From positions 64,555,072 to 64,588,916 of the forward strand of contig NC_068984.1 of NCBI RefSeq assembly GCF_001194135.2: a stretch of 33,845 bases of DNA, in the 5' to 3' direction. The position numbers were made by a program, and so were the translations under genes. Position 1 is the stretch's first letter; each line of letters opens with the position of its first letter. The DNA comes from Octopus bimaculoides. Taxonomy: Eukaryota. The notes under the pieces were generated by a model. The model saw only the letters and a program-made list of their open reading frames with translations. It did no database searches and was not told the origin of the DNA. This document shows, piece after piece, positions 1-10,964 of this stretch.

Positions 1-9
1 GGGGACATG

Positions 10-85
10 CACACATGTGTATATTTGTATATGTGTGGGTACGTATGCGCATATGTATAAATGGAGACGTATGAGTGTATATATA

Positions 86-130
<45 letters not shown>

Positions 131-262
131 ATACAAGTGCACATATGTATGTATATGTATATACATATATATATATGTGTGTGTGTGTATCAGTATGCAT
201 GTATGTGGGTGTTTGTGTATATGTATTTATGTATGCATGTACGTTCTCATACATTTATAGGT
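10..262. repeat. Degenerate (TA)n/(TG)n/(TATG)n microsatellite
   Basis: Alternating purine/pyrimidine dinucleotide runs are visible directly; they explain the three overlapping YI/CV ORFs. Confidence 0.95.
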
Positions 263-384
263 ATGTGTTGTCCAACCCACTATCCGGCAGCGTCCAATTC
301 TCTAATGGTTTTTTTCAAATGAATCAAGTCATAACCTTATCCATCTATTGTTTTCATAATCGGTCATAATGTCTTAGAAAATAT

Positions 385-597
385 TGGTTTTAAACTTTGG
401 CACAAACCCACCAATTTTGGAGATGGGGCAGAGTATGTCAAAACAAATTCATTGCTCAACTAGTACTCATTTCAATGACCCCGAAAGAATGAAAGGCAAA
501 GTCAACTTTGGTGGAATTTGAACTCAGAAGATAAAGGCAGATGAAATACCATGCAGCATTTTGTCTGGCATGCTAATGATTCTGCCAGTTCACCATC
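385..597 (-). mobile_element. SINE-A (tRNA-derived head) copy
   Basis: Reverse complement matches the 5899-6125 copy: gaatgaaaggcaaagtcaactt...gaatttgaactcagaa...tgctaatgattctgccagtt. Confidence 0.85.
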
Positions 598-616
598 TTA
601 TGTACTTCAGTACATC

Positions 617-623
617 TTATATG

Positions 624-684
<61 letters not shown>
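617..684. repeat. (TA)n(TG)n(TA)n compound microsatellite
   Basis: Visible directly. Confidence 0.95.
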
Positions 685-685
<1 letters not shown>

Positions 686-689
686 AAAT

Positions 690-775
690 CTTACTCTTTT
701 GTCGCTTTCAGTCATTATTTTGCTTAGGCCATGCTGGAGGACTGCTTTGAAGGGTTTAGTTGATTGAAATTCCAC
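690..775 (-). mobile_element. SINE-B 3' fragment
   Basis: tttcagtcatt...ggccatgctggag matches the 3' end of the 4228-4689 copy. Confidence 0.6.
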
Positions 776-1312
776 GAAACATCGTGGCATTGATAAGATA
801 TATGATAATGCAGAAGAGAAAAGTACTATGAGAATGCAGTTAAGGGACAATTTATCAACTTTTTTTTCTATTTGTATATCAGGCATTTTATGAGCAATAA
901 CATCATCGGTTATAGGTTTCCAATGAGCCAATTGCTGACTCACTCCATTTTCAATGGCAAGAATTACAAGGGAAGAATGTCTGGGTAACTGGAGTGGAAT
1001 GAATACTATAAATATTTTGACTCTGGCCAATAAACAGGTAAATGACAGAAGAAAGAAACAATGATAAACTTAATAACAATATTTTAGTATCAATGCAAGA
1101 AAGAGAAAAAGAGACAATGAAGGTAAGATAAAGGGAGAGGGAGGAGAGAGAGAGAGTGAAATTAGTGTTCATAACAAAGAAAAATGGTACAATAAAATAG
1201 AATATCAGTTATTAGGTGTTAAATGTATGGAGGAAAAACTTCAATGAATATATGTGCTATTGTACTCTATTGTTATTACTGTAATATCTTAAATAATAAT
1301 AACAAAAACAAT

Positions 1313-1518
1313 TCTTTCTGATTTTGGCCTGAGGCCAGCAATTTTGAAGGGAAGGAGCAAGTCAATTACATCAACCCTTGTAATTAACTGGTACTTATTC
1401 TATTGGCCATGAAAGAATGAAAGGCAAAGTCAACTTTAACAGAATTTGAACCCTGAATCAGAAGAAATAGCACAAAACACTTTTCCTTATGCTCTAACGA
1501 TTCTGCCAGCTCATTGCC
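1313..1518 (-). mobile_element. SINE-A copy
   Basis: aactggtacttatt...gaaagaatgaaaggcaaagtcaac...ctaacgattctgccagctc; AAT-rich tracts on both sides. Confidence 0.85.
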
Positions 1519-1719
1519 TGTTGCAATAAAAATAATGATCTTGTTTATTTTCCACAAAGGCAAAGGATGAGGGGGAACAATACGAAGACAGGCATAAAGT
1601 ATGAGGGTTTACATATAATGAAATGATTTAAAAAAAAAAAGCAAGTATACACAGTACACACTTAAAAAGAAGGGACATATGCATGGCATACAAAGGTTTA
1701 AAAGAATAATAATAATAAC

Positions 1720-2253
1720 AAATGCTCTAGCAATAGCTCTCATGGCTTCTGATCTTAACTGATTGTAAGTGTTATCGTGTACATGTTTTGTCTTGGTGTA
1801 AAAGATGGGATACAGCAAATATTCTGCTCAACACAACAGATTTGCATGTTATTTGCTTGACCTTAACACCTTGAACATGTCCCTTAGTGGTTGACAACAT
1901 GTGCATCACTGATCACGAGCAGAAGTAGTGGGGGAGCATCATAGCCATGTGTTGAGAGGGATTCTTTGGAGTTTGGATAATTCAACCCTGGAAACATGGG
2001 TATTTCATTTATCATCCTAAAACAACCTTTATTCAGAAACCATTGGAGTGGGATGGGCTACTCTACATGAAGAAAATTCTAAAAGGGTCCCACCTGCAAG
2101 GTCATGCACTGTTCATCTTGATACAAAATCACCATGTTATGCACATATGGTTGAGAGCATGTACCCTTATCAGCTGGGTGGTCATGTTGGTCATACTGGG
2201 CTTTGTATATGTACCCCAGCATCACTTTGATGGCATGTGCTGCTCTCTCACAC
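1720..2253. mobile_element. Unclassified ~530-bp interspersed repeat flanked by (AAT)n
   Basis: Higher-GC block bounded by aataataataataac (1705-1719) and aataacagtaataataat (2254-2271); no meaningful ORF. I recall it as a common octopus repeat, but this is unverified. Confidence 0.55.
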
Positions 2254-2271
2254 AATAACAGTAATAATAAT

Positions 2272-3571
2272 TTGTAAGCTGCTGACTTGTAATAAGATAC
2301 ACCATCCAAAGGCAGATGTGGATCAGTTTTACCTTCCAAGAGCCCAAGAAGGTCAAGGTTTGATCCAGTTCAAACTTTCTTACAAAACAACCACAAATGG
2401 ACAGATCAGATATTTTGAAACAACTGGATGTTAAAACTCATTGCAAGTCATGAGAGGTATAAGAAGCTTCATTCTATCTTGAAAGAGAGCAAAACATTTG
2501 CTATTAATTTCATGAATGATACCCAAGTTGAACATCCTGAGGGAAATGTGGCCACTGTTGTTGGAAAGAGAATGAAATTAATGGCAAAGAATAAAGTGCA
2601 CGAAAAACTGGCTTGTATGGGGGAGCAGAAAGGTCTGCATGGCAAATATGTGGCCTGTATCAAACTCATTCATGTTGACCAAAAGCATGCCCATTAGTGG
2701 CTATGAAATTCAAGGCTAGAGGCAGAGAATTGCCTTTAGCATTGAGTGAAGGCTGATCAAAACCAAAGCTTACTAACCTGGAATTACCAAGTCAATGTAA
2801 TGAAAAATGAAGTAGATCCTAAGTACCAGATTTTCAATGATGAGATTGAAACAGTGAACCACTTAATCTCTAGATGTAAAGTTTTATCACCAGTAGTGTA
2901 TAAACCAAGATATGACAGAGTTGGCCAATATCTACACTGGTTAATATGCTAGCATTATGAAATCAAAACTGTTAAAAAAGGAGTATAAGCATCACCCTGA
3001 GCCTGTAACCAAGAGAGAAAATGTATTGATTCTTTGAGACTTCCCAGTACATAGAGACAGAGCCATGAAAGCTAATAAACTGGATGTTGTTGTAAAAGAC
3101 CAAAATAATGAAGTCAGTTTATTGATCAACTTAAGTATCCCTTGTGATCATAATATTTCGGCAAAAGAATTTGACGAGCTCAGAAAATATATAGAGATTT
3201 GCTAGTTGAAATCAGAAAAAAGTAGCACCTTACTGTTACAATACCAGTGATTGTAGGAGCACTAAAAATGATCAAACAAGGAACTAAAAATTATTTGAGA
3301 ATGATACCTGGCATAACATCCCTACAAGGAGTACAAAAGATTGTTTTAACTAGTACGTAACATTCTTGCTGTCAGAGCGATTACCATCAGTGTTAATAAT
3401 ATTTTTCTAACTTTGATTGCGTAAATGAACAACCTGGTGTGTTCCTTTTAATGGCCTATCAACATATACAGTGTGTTTCTTTATCTAAGATGTCAGGAAG
3501 ATACTTGGCAAGAAATGGAACAGAATTGAAAGAAGAAAAACTACTACTACTACTACTACTACTACTAATAC

Positions 3572-3610
<39 letters not shown>

Positions 3611-3612
3611 CA
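2272..3612 (+). mobile_element. 5'-truncated, degenerate R4/Dong-clade non-LTR retrotransposon (RT thumb, CCHC knuckle, REL endonuclease, 3' UTR, (TAC)n(TAA)n tail)
   Basis: Peptides HHPKADVDQFYLPRAQEGQGLIQ (thumb region), ETVNHLISRCKVLSPVVYKPRYDRVGQYLHWLIC (knuckle region), DFPVHRDRAMKANKLDVVVKD...SIPCDHNISAKEFDELRKY and IPVIVGAL (REL endonuclease). Stops and frameshifts throughout; microsatellite tail at 3541-3612. Confidence 0.9.
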
Positions 3613-3808
3613 ACCCTTTCTACTATAGGTACAAGGCCTGAAATTTTTGAGGAGGGGACTAGTTGATCACATCATTGTGCTTAAGTTATGAATCTTGAAG
3701 GAATGAAAGTCAAAGTCAACCTTGGCAGAAGTTGAACTCAGAATGTAAGAACGGATGAAATGCCGCTAAGCGTTTTACCTGTGATAACAATTCTGCCAGC
3801 TTGCCTCC

Positions 3809-3809
<1 letters not shown>
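3613..3809 (-). mobile_element. SINE-A copy
   Basis: ggaatgaaagtcaaagtcaaccttggcagaagttgaactcagaatgtaag...ttctgccagcttgcc. Confidence 0.85.
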
Positions 3810-3888
<79 letters not shown>

Positions 3889-3933
3889 AATAAAAATAAT
3901 AATAATGATGAGGATTTCTTTAATAACAATAAT
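3810..3933. repeat. (AAT)n microsatellite
   Basis: Visible directly. Confidence 0.95.
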
Positions 3934-3936
3934 AAT

Positions 3937-4153
3937 GTGTTTCTATTTTAGGCACAAGGCCATCAATTTGGGGGAGAAGCTTAGTCAATATCATTCACTC
4001 TACTGCTTGACGGGTAATTTATTTTACTGACAGATCAAAAGAATAAAAGCAAAGCTCTCTTCAGTGGGATTTGAACTCAAAATATAAAGAGTCAGATGAA
4101 ATGTTGCTAAGCAATCTGTCTAACATTCTAATGATTCTGCCAGCTTACTACCT
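3937..4153 (-). mobile_element. SINE-A copy
   Basis: gggatttgaactcaaaatataaagag...tctaatgattctgccagctt. Confidence 0.8.

Positions 4154-4196
<43 letters not shown>
4154..4196. repeat. (GAT)n microsatellite
   Basis: Visible directly. Confidence 0.95.
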
Positions 4197-4198
<2 letters not shown>

Positions 4199-4227
4199 CT
4201 AACATAAGCACCAAACTATAAAATTTT

Positions 4228-4424
4228 CATTCTTTAACTCTTTTACTTCTTTTAGTCATTTGACTGTAGCCATGCTGGAGCACCGCCTTTAGTCAAGCAA
4301 ATCGACCCCGGGACTTATTCTTTGTAAGCCTAGAACTTATTCTATTGGTCTCTTTTGCCGAACCGCTAAGTGACGGGGGCATAAGCACACCAGCATCGGT
4401 TGTCAAGCAATGCTAGGGGGACAA

Positions 4425-4467
<43 letters not shown>

Positions 4468-4689
4468 ACTATTACAAATTAAAAAGGTAAAGATCAATTA
4501 TGTTTATATATATATATACATATATACAATGGGCTTCTTTCAGTTTCTTCCTACCAAATCCACTCACAAGGCTTTGGTCGGCCCAAGGCTATAGTAGAAG
4601 ACACTTGCGCAAGATGCCATGCAGTGGGACTGAACCCGGAACCATGTGCTTTGTAAGCAAGCTACTTACCACACAGCCACTGCTGCGCC
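4228..4689 (-). mobile_element. SINE-B, near full length (tRNA-like head, CORE-like segment, internal microsatellite)
   Basis: On the minus strand the head reads ggcgcagcagtggctgtgtggtaagtagcttgctt...ggttccgggttcagtcccactg (A-box and B-box-like), then atcttgcgcaagtgtcttctactatagccttgggccgacc. Internal (TA)/(TG) tract; 3' end gctccagcatggctacagtcaaatgactaaaagaagtaaaagag. Confidence 0.9.
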
Positions 4690-5339
4690 TATAGAGAGGA
4701 AAGTTGAAGAAACTGAACCCAATAGATGACAGGTACATATTTTTTTGATGACTGAAAAACAAAATTAACCTTGGCTTGGTTGAAGCTCTGAAGGTGAAAG
4801 GAGGAACCTAAATACTACAAGACATTTTAAAGGGTGCTCTATTAAATTTGCCAATCGACTGTCAATAACATATGAAACAAAATTAATAGTGAAAGATAAA
4901 TAATTCTGTGTATGCGTGTGTGTATATAGATAACATATGTACAATAGGTGACTATACATCCCATACACATACTATTGTTACAGTCACAGATCTGCACATG
5001 TACACACAGACATATACATGCATAAACATACACACGCATCACAGCTACAATAGAGTAAACTTTGCTATAGTTACTATTGAACTTCATTGATTTTATTTTG
5101 ATTTGCTTTTCAAGGAGAACTACTTAAGCAGTAATTGTTCCTGAAATCAAATTTCTTAGGCCTTGCTTTCTACCTAATCATAGTCGTTGTCATTGTCGTC
5201 GTCGTCATCATCATCATCATCTATATCACAATAGCAACAAGAATTTGAAAATAACACTTACCCAACACTGTCAGAAACATCTGTAGCACTATCATTATTA
5301 CTTTCACTAACAAACACTTTAACTGAATATTTTGATTTC

Positions 5340-5785
5340 TACTACTAAAATAGTAACTGCTACTGATACAACACCAATATCACTATCATAGGCACTGATA
5401 CACTAACACTACCATCGCTGTCACTGCTACAACACTAACACCAGCAACAGTGATACAACCTTAACACTACCTTCAATGACACGCATACAACATTAACACT
5501 ACTATCAGTGTCACTGCTACAACAGTAAGAGAAACATCATTGCTACAGCCTTAACACTACCTTCAATGACACGCATACAACATTAACACTACTATCAGTG
5601 TCACTGCTACAACAGTAACACCAGCATCACTGCTACAATCTTAACACTACCATCAGTATCGCTGATACAACACTAACACCAGCATCACTTCCACTCATAC
5701 AATACTACACTTACACCACCATTAATGTCACTGATACAGAACTAACACAACAATTACTACCACTGAAACAACATCAACACTACAG
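5340..5785. repeat. Degenerate minisatellite (~26-32-nt subunits, 90-nt higher-order unit)
   Basis: Recurring acaac(a/c)(c/t)taacactac...gtcactgct; 5459-5528 is identical to 5549-5618 (70 bp, offset 90). Confidence 0.8.
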
Positions 5786-5898
5786 CAAAACCCTATACCT
5801 AAAAACCTTACATGTTCTTGGGTAGTAAAGTTAATCCATTACCTAATTTAACATAGTCAGCAAGCCTAGATAGGCAGTCCTACTTAATAAGAGCTGAT

Positions 5899-6125
5899 AG
5901 GCGGCGAGCTGGCAGAAACGTTAGCACGCTGGTCGAAATGCTTAGTGGTATTTCGTCTGCTGTTATGTTCTGAGTTCAAATTCCGCTGAGGTCAACTTTG
6001 CCTTTCATCCTTTCAGGATCGATAAATTAAGTACCAGTTACACACTGGGCCGATGTAATCAACTTAATCCCTTTGTCTGTCCTTGTTTGTCCCCTCTATG
6101 CTTTGCCCCTAGTGGGCAATAAAGA
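5899..6125 (+). mobile_element. SINE-A, best-preserved full-length copy with 13-bp TSD
   Basis: Head ggcggcgagctggcagaaacgttagcacg...tgagttcaaattcc (A-box and B-box-like); body gcctttcatcctttcaggatcgataaattaagtaccag; TSD aataagagctgat at 5886-5898 and 6126-6138. Confidence 0.92.
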
Positions 6126-6468
6126 AATAAGAGCTGATCTGTTGAATATCATCATTATCATTATAACACATTATTTGCTTTGGAAGTAAATGGAAGTTGT
6201 GTTCTATTGGAACAGAAACCCACTCTGTATAGGTATTATATGACATGTCGCATTGTGGTAGATATTCCATGAGATGACACATCTGGAAAATAACAATGCT
6301 GCTGTGACCAGTAGTGGCACTATAGTGTGTCTTGATTGATGGATGGAAGTATTTTACACTACAGTCCTTTAAACCATGGGGTACTTGAAGAGAAAGAAAA
6401 ACATCAACTGCAAAAGAGCAACATGGCAACAGAAAACGAGACACCTAACATAAAATGAGTGTATATAA

Positions 6469-6827
6469 TACTACTACTGCTACTGATGATGATGATGATG
6501 ATGATGATGAGGAGGAGGAGGAGGAGGAGGAGGAGGAAAAGAAGAAGAAGAAGAAGAAGAAGAAGAAGAAGAACTNNNNNNNNNNNNNNNNNNNNNNNNN
6601 NNNNNNNNNNNNNNNNNNNNNNNNNNNNNNNNNNNNNNNNNNNNNNNNNNNNNNNNNNNNNNNNNNNNNNNNNNNNNNNNNNNNNNNNNNNNNNNNNNNN
6701 NNNNNNNNNNNNNNNNNNNNNNNNNNNNNNNNNACTGATGATGATGATGATGATGATGATGAGGAGGAGGAGGAGGAGGAGGAGGAGGAAAAGAAGAAGA
6801 AGAAGAAGAAGAAGAAGAAGAAGAACT
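6469..6827. repeat. Compound (TAC)(GAT)n(GAG)n(AAG)n microsatellite duplicated across an assembly gap
   Basis: 6482-6575 and 6734-6827 are identical 94-mers on either side of the N-run. Confidence 0.9.
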
Positions 6828-7983
6828 GTAATGCTCATCACCATCATAATTTTTATTCTTGCCTGCTGTGGATGTTTGTTTCACAGAGTTCCACTTAGAT
6901 GAGTTGGGGGAGGGGATTACTTGATGGAAAAGTTTCTTCTTTTATTTTTTTTAAACATTAAAGGGATTTGGAAAACTTAAATGTCATTATCTACAGTGGA
7001 AAGAAGATTCACCCTAAGACATTTTATTGTGCAAATATGTTTTTTTTTAACCTGTCTATTCTACTTTGTTTATTAGTGATTCAATTTTAACATCTCTATG
7101 GTAGCAAGAGGAGAGGTGAACCACAATGGTGGTAGCAGTGAATACATCTACCAAGTTTTTGTAGCTAGAGTAAGACAGTTCCAAAAAATTAAATGAAAAT
7201 AGGTAAATAAATATAACTGTAATTAAAGAAATACACACTTATGCACAAACAAGTTATACTTTCAGAAACACAAATTTATATGACAAGTAACAAAAGCATA
7301 AACAACAGTAATTGTTTTTTTACCTAGCACTGTTACTAGTTACTAGACATGGATTAGTTAGTTCCTTGTGAAAGAAAAAGTGGGGAAGAGGTACATCAGA
7401 AAAGAGAGTACCATTTTGGCTAAAATATTTATAAAGGAAGTGCAAGAATGAGAGCAACATACCACTGTTTTTCAAACAAGGGAGAAATCTCCATATTCCC
7501 TTGAATTAGAAGTTGGAAGGATACTTGGCTAATGTATGATCCTTTGACAGGACAGAGCATAAGGATATGTATGCCAATTACTTAAGACTGAAGTGAGCTA
7601 AGCAGGCAGACAGGCAAGCAAGACTCTTGTACCATGCACTTGATTACAGAACGGTGCCAAAATATATGGGCAGGAGTAAACACAATGGTGAAACACTGAG
7701 TTTTGTACCTTTATAGAACATTAACAGACAGGTTGAAAGAGTAGCAGTGACCTAAAACATGTGGTTAGCTAGATACTGTATAGATATTTATAGGTCCTAG
7801 TGAGTCCAAAGACAGCCAAGCTGTTCTATCGTTATACTCCTTAATGATGTACAGAGAAAGAAATCCAATCAAACTGATGGGGCAGATCAGGAAGTACATT
7901 ACTATATGTGGAGGAGCACAAGACACATCAAGACTTATTACTCAAATAACAAAGAACAAAATTATAAGAATGGCGGTGGTAAA

Positions 7984-8075
7984 CAACACTGGGGTTGATG
8001 TGATCAATTTAATTCCTTTGTTTGTTCTTGTTTGTCCCCTCTATGTTTAGCCCCTTGTGGGCAATAAAGAAATAA
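7984..8075 (+). mobile_element. SINE-A 3' fragment
   Basis: cactggggttgatgtgatc...tttgtcccctctatgtttagccccttgtgggcaataaagaaataag. Confidence 0.85.
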
Positions 8076-8312
8076 GAGCTGATCTGTTGAATATCATCAT
8101 TATCATTATACCACAATATCACCAGTCAATATGTTCTCAGGATTGCCAGAGCAGAAACAGAAACAATTGCCTTGTCTATGCTGAGTGAGTGAGGAGCTGA
8201 TGAGGTAAGGAACTGAGAAGACATGGAGGTGAGGTTCATGTCAGAGTTAGCTAGATGCTCAAAGCAGCATTTTACTGTCAATGCCTTGTGGTTATGAGGA
8301 GTTGATGGCGAT

Positions 8313-8335
8313 TGAAAAAAGGTGGGAAACCACTG
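8313..8335 (+). mobile_element. Possible solo hAT-type right terminus
   Basis: tgaaaaaaggtgggaaaccactg resembles the tgaaaaggttgggaaccactg terminus at 25700-25720; no partner TIR or TSD found. Confidence 0.35.
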
Positions 8336-9299
8336 GAGGTGACAGACAAAAAAACACATAAAAACTAAAATTAGCCAAATAATTAATTGCAAGAAAGGAG
8401 CTGGACAATATGTTATATTAGTACAAGAGTCAAATTTATATGGTATAGCCAAGGTAAACTTAAGAATCAATTCCTTTATGTTCGGTATTTATTTTATCAA
8501 TTTCAAAAGAAGGAGAAAAAAAAAAAAAAACAGGATTAGCAGGATTTGAACTCAGAATAAAATGCATTTAGTAATGTGTTTAGTCCAGCTGACTACTGTA
8601 ACTGCTACTCAAAGAACAATGTTTTACCTCCTAAAGGCAATTAATAGTGTTTGCATAGATTTTTAATATTTACCTAGACATTTTATATTTAATTTGTATT
8701 TTCCATGTTTTTTCTTTAAACATCTTGCCTCCACTATCTGTCACTGTATATCTTGAAAGATATTGTATTACCAAACAATAAAGGATGAGAAAGATATATG
8801 GTACCATTAGACATGGTTGGAGTAACAAAACACTTAGATGGAATTGCAGTCACATAACACCAACGAAAATTGATGTCATCCAGAAGGACATAAGATACAG
8901 ACATTCAGTCAGAAATGATCCATTTAAAGATGTCAGAAATATGACTCCTAAATTGGATGCTTATTTGTCATTTTCACTGAAGATTTTTGCTATTTATTTA
9001 TTACTTTTTTTAAATATATAACAATGTCTCAGTATACATTTTTTTCTCCATATTCTAACATGGACTGTATGATTTTGAAAATTCAGTTATGATAAATCAA
9101 GCTGTTTTTTAGAATAGGTAGCTTACAGCAAAATGATTTCCCTTGTACAAACTAGTTAACTATTAGTCTACAGTTCTACTCAACCAAGGAAGGTTTTAGT
9201 CAAGCTAGTGTTACCAAATTTAATGCAGTATCAATGAAAAAAATCTATTTAAGAAAGATAACATTAGCTCAATGAATAATATTATTTTCATCGTTTTAG

Positions 9300-9403
9300 G
9301 AAAGAGAAAAATTATCACTGGAGAAGTTTCAGTTTTATTAAACTGCCTCAGCAATGCATTGATTTTACTGTACTTGCCAGAGAAGTGATACAAAAATCAT
9401 TTG
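9300..9403 (+). CDS. Candidate internal coding exon, phase 2 to phase 1 (KEKNYHWRSFSFIKLPQQCIDFTVLAREVIQKSF); product unknown
   Basis: Acceptor attattttcatcgttttag|G, an open 34-codon frame in unique sequence and a weak donor G|gtagat. No family recognised. Confidence 0.3.
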
Positions 9404-9789
9404 GTAGATGTATAATATAGTACAAGCATAAAGGAGAAAAATTTGTATATTTAAAACTACAAATCACTTTGCGATGCCATTAATATTAAAAACAACAGTT
9501 AAGTTAATGCTTAATGTAATAATTGCTTTCTTGCACAAGATACTCAAGTGTGAAACTGATATTGTACAAAGCCATATAAAGCCTTGCCTAGTGTAAAATT
9601 CTCTATAAATGACAGATAATTGAACTTGAAACTTCACACTTCAATAGTCTAAACATTCACCTAATGTTCTAAGCCCTCAACTAATACACAAAGTATTGAT
9701 CATCATGAACATCCATTCTGTAATGACCAGGTGATGCTAAGACAAAAGAACAAAATATTCAGACACTCACACATTCACATGTGATGTGT

Positions 9790-9938
9790 TTCTTTCAGTT
9801 TCCATCTACCAGATCCACTTACAAGGCTTTGATCAGCCTGGGGCTATAGTAGAAGACACTTGCTCAGGGTGCCACTCAGTGGAACTGAACCTGGAGCTAG
9901 AAACTGAACTTCTTAACCACAGAGCCATTCCTGTACCT
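9790..9938 (-). mobile_element. SINE-B 5' half
   Basis: ctttcagtttccatctacc...gggctatagtagaagacacttgctcagggtgcc...cttaaccacagagcc. Confidence 0.85.
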
Positions 9939-10379
9939 ACAATATTAATCTATCAACCATAATTCTTTTAAGATTAAGTTAAATTCCTTTTGAAATTATT
10001 ATTTAATTAGAAGTGTAGAACCAAAATGGCTATATGGACATGATATTAGATTGACAGCTTATAAGTCTTGAGTTCCATTCTAGAGCAGAAATTTCATTGG
10101 ATATCTGATCATTACATTTGTTAATATATTCTTATATTCATTTGGATGTCTCAAGGGGAAATCACATATCTCAGAAAAATTATCTAAGTTCGACTAGTTT
10201 ACTATCTTAGTCTGACAAAAGATTTATTTTTAAAAGAGCTAACACTAAGATATTGAAACCTAAACAGTAACTGACATTTAAATCTTAGGAGATATTCACA
10301 CTACCTTTAAAAAAAGATTTCTGCAGATCAAATCTATAGATAACAGGAGTTACTTTGAAAATTCCTTAGAAACTTTCAG

Positions 10380-10500
10380 TAGATGGCAGACTTGATTAAA
10401 GTGGTCTTCATGCCCCGAGTTAAAACGCCATCAATGTTGACTCTGTTTTTCATCTTTCAGGGATCAATAAAATGAATATTAGGTAAATTACCCTCAATTG
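10380..10500 (+). mobile_element. Degenerate SINE-A fragment
   Basis: gttgactctgtttttcatctttcagggatcaataaaatgaatattagg matches the SINE-A body. Confidence 0.55.
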
Positions 10501-10506
10501 AATTAA

Positions 10507-10731
10507 CCCATTGTGTACCATATTTCTGTTGAAAGACACAGCATTTGTTTCAATTGCTTTTGAAAATATTGAAGAAATATCAAAATAAATATATCATTAT
10601 GCTGAATTTTGGAACATGAAATAATTTTGAAATGGAATTTTGAAGAAAAAATTTTAATCTAGATCTTTTCATAACAAAGATTTTGTATCATAGAAGTAGG
10701 GGTAGCTTCAGGGAGGTTGGTATCTAAAGGG
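10507..10731. mobile_element. TTAA-flanked (piggyBac-like) MITE
   Basis: TTAA at 10503-10506, then cccattgtgtacc; ends ggtatctaaaggg followed by TTAT. TIR match 9/13; piggyBac elements have TTAA TSDs and CCC...GGG ends. Confidence 0.6.
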
Positions 10732-10964
10732 TTATTCCTTATCCTAGAAAATATGGCTTCATGCTGATGTTAAAAATCATTATTTAAAAAACTATCAAAG
10801 GAATTCATGACATTAAAATCAAATTATTTGCTCTTCATTTCTTGGCAAATAAAGTACAATACACACTAGACAAAATGTCAAATTAACTGTTTGAATTAGT
10901 AAAAAGGATTGATGTGATTAAATTTTAAAACCTATAAGTTAAATACATTATTATTTGAATGACC

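Noticed and set aside
17-369. Three overlapping plus-strand ORFs (60-102 aa)
   Set aside because: Translations of TA/TG microsatellite; YI/CV low complexity.
3439-3951. Poly-L, poly-I and poly-N ORFs
   Set aside because: Products of (TAC)n/(AAT)n tracts and SINE sequence.
4620-4689. tRNA-like sequence (also 5900-5975)
   Set aside because: These are SINE heads continuing into repeat bodies; no complete cloverleaf or acceptor stem could be supported.
6404-6902. 134-147-aa ORFs with poly-D/E/K, M/R and L runs
   Set aside because: Trinucleotide microsatellite plus N-gap; an assembly duplication.
8160-8212. GAAA-caa/ttg-GTC...CTGATGA arrangement resembling a type II hammerhead
   Set aside because: Stems I and II cannot be paired convincingly.
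8785-9021. 78-aa plus-strand ORF
   Set aside because: No recognisable motif or splice context; this length is expected by chance.
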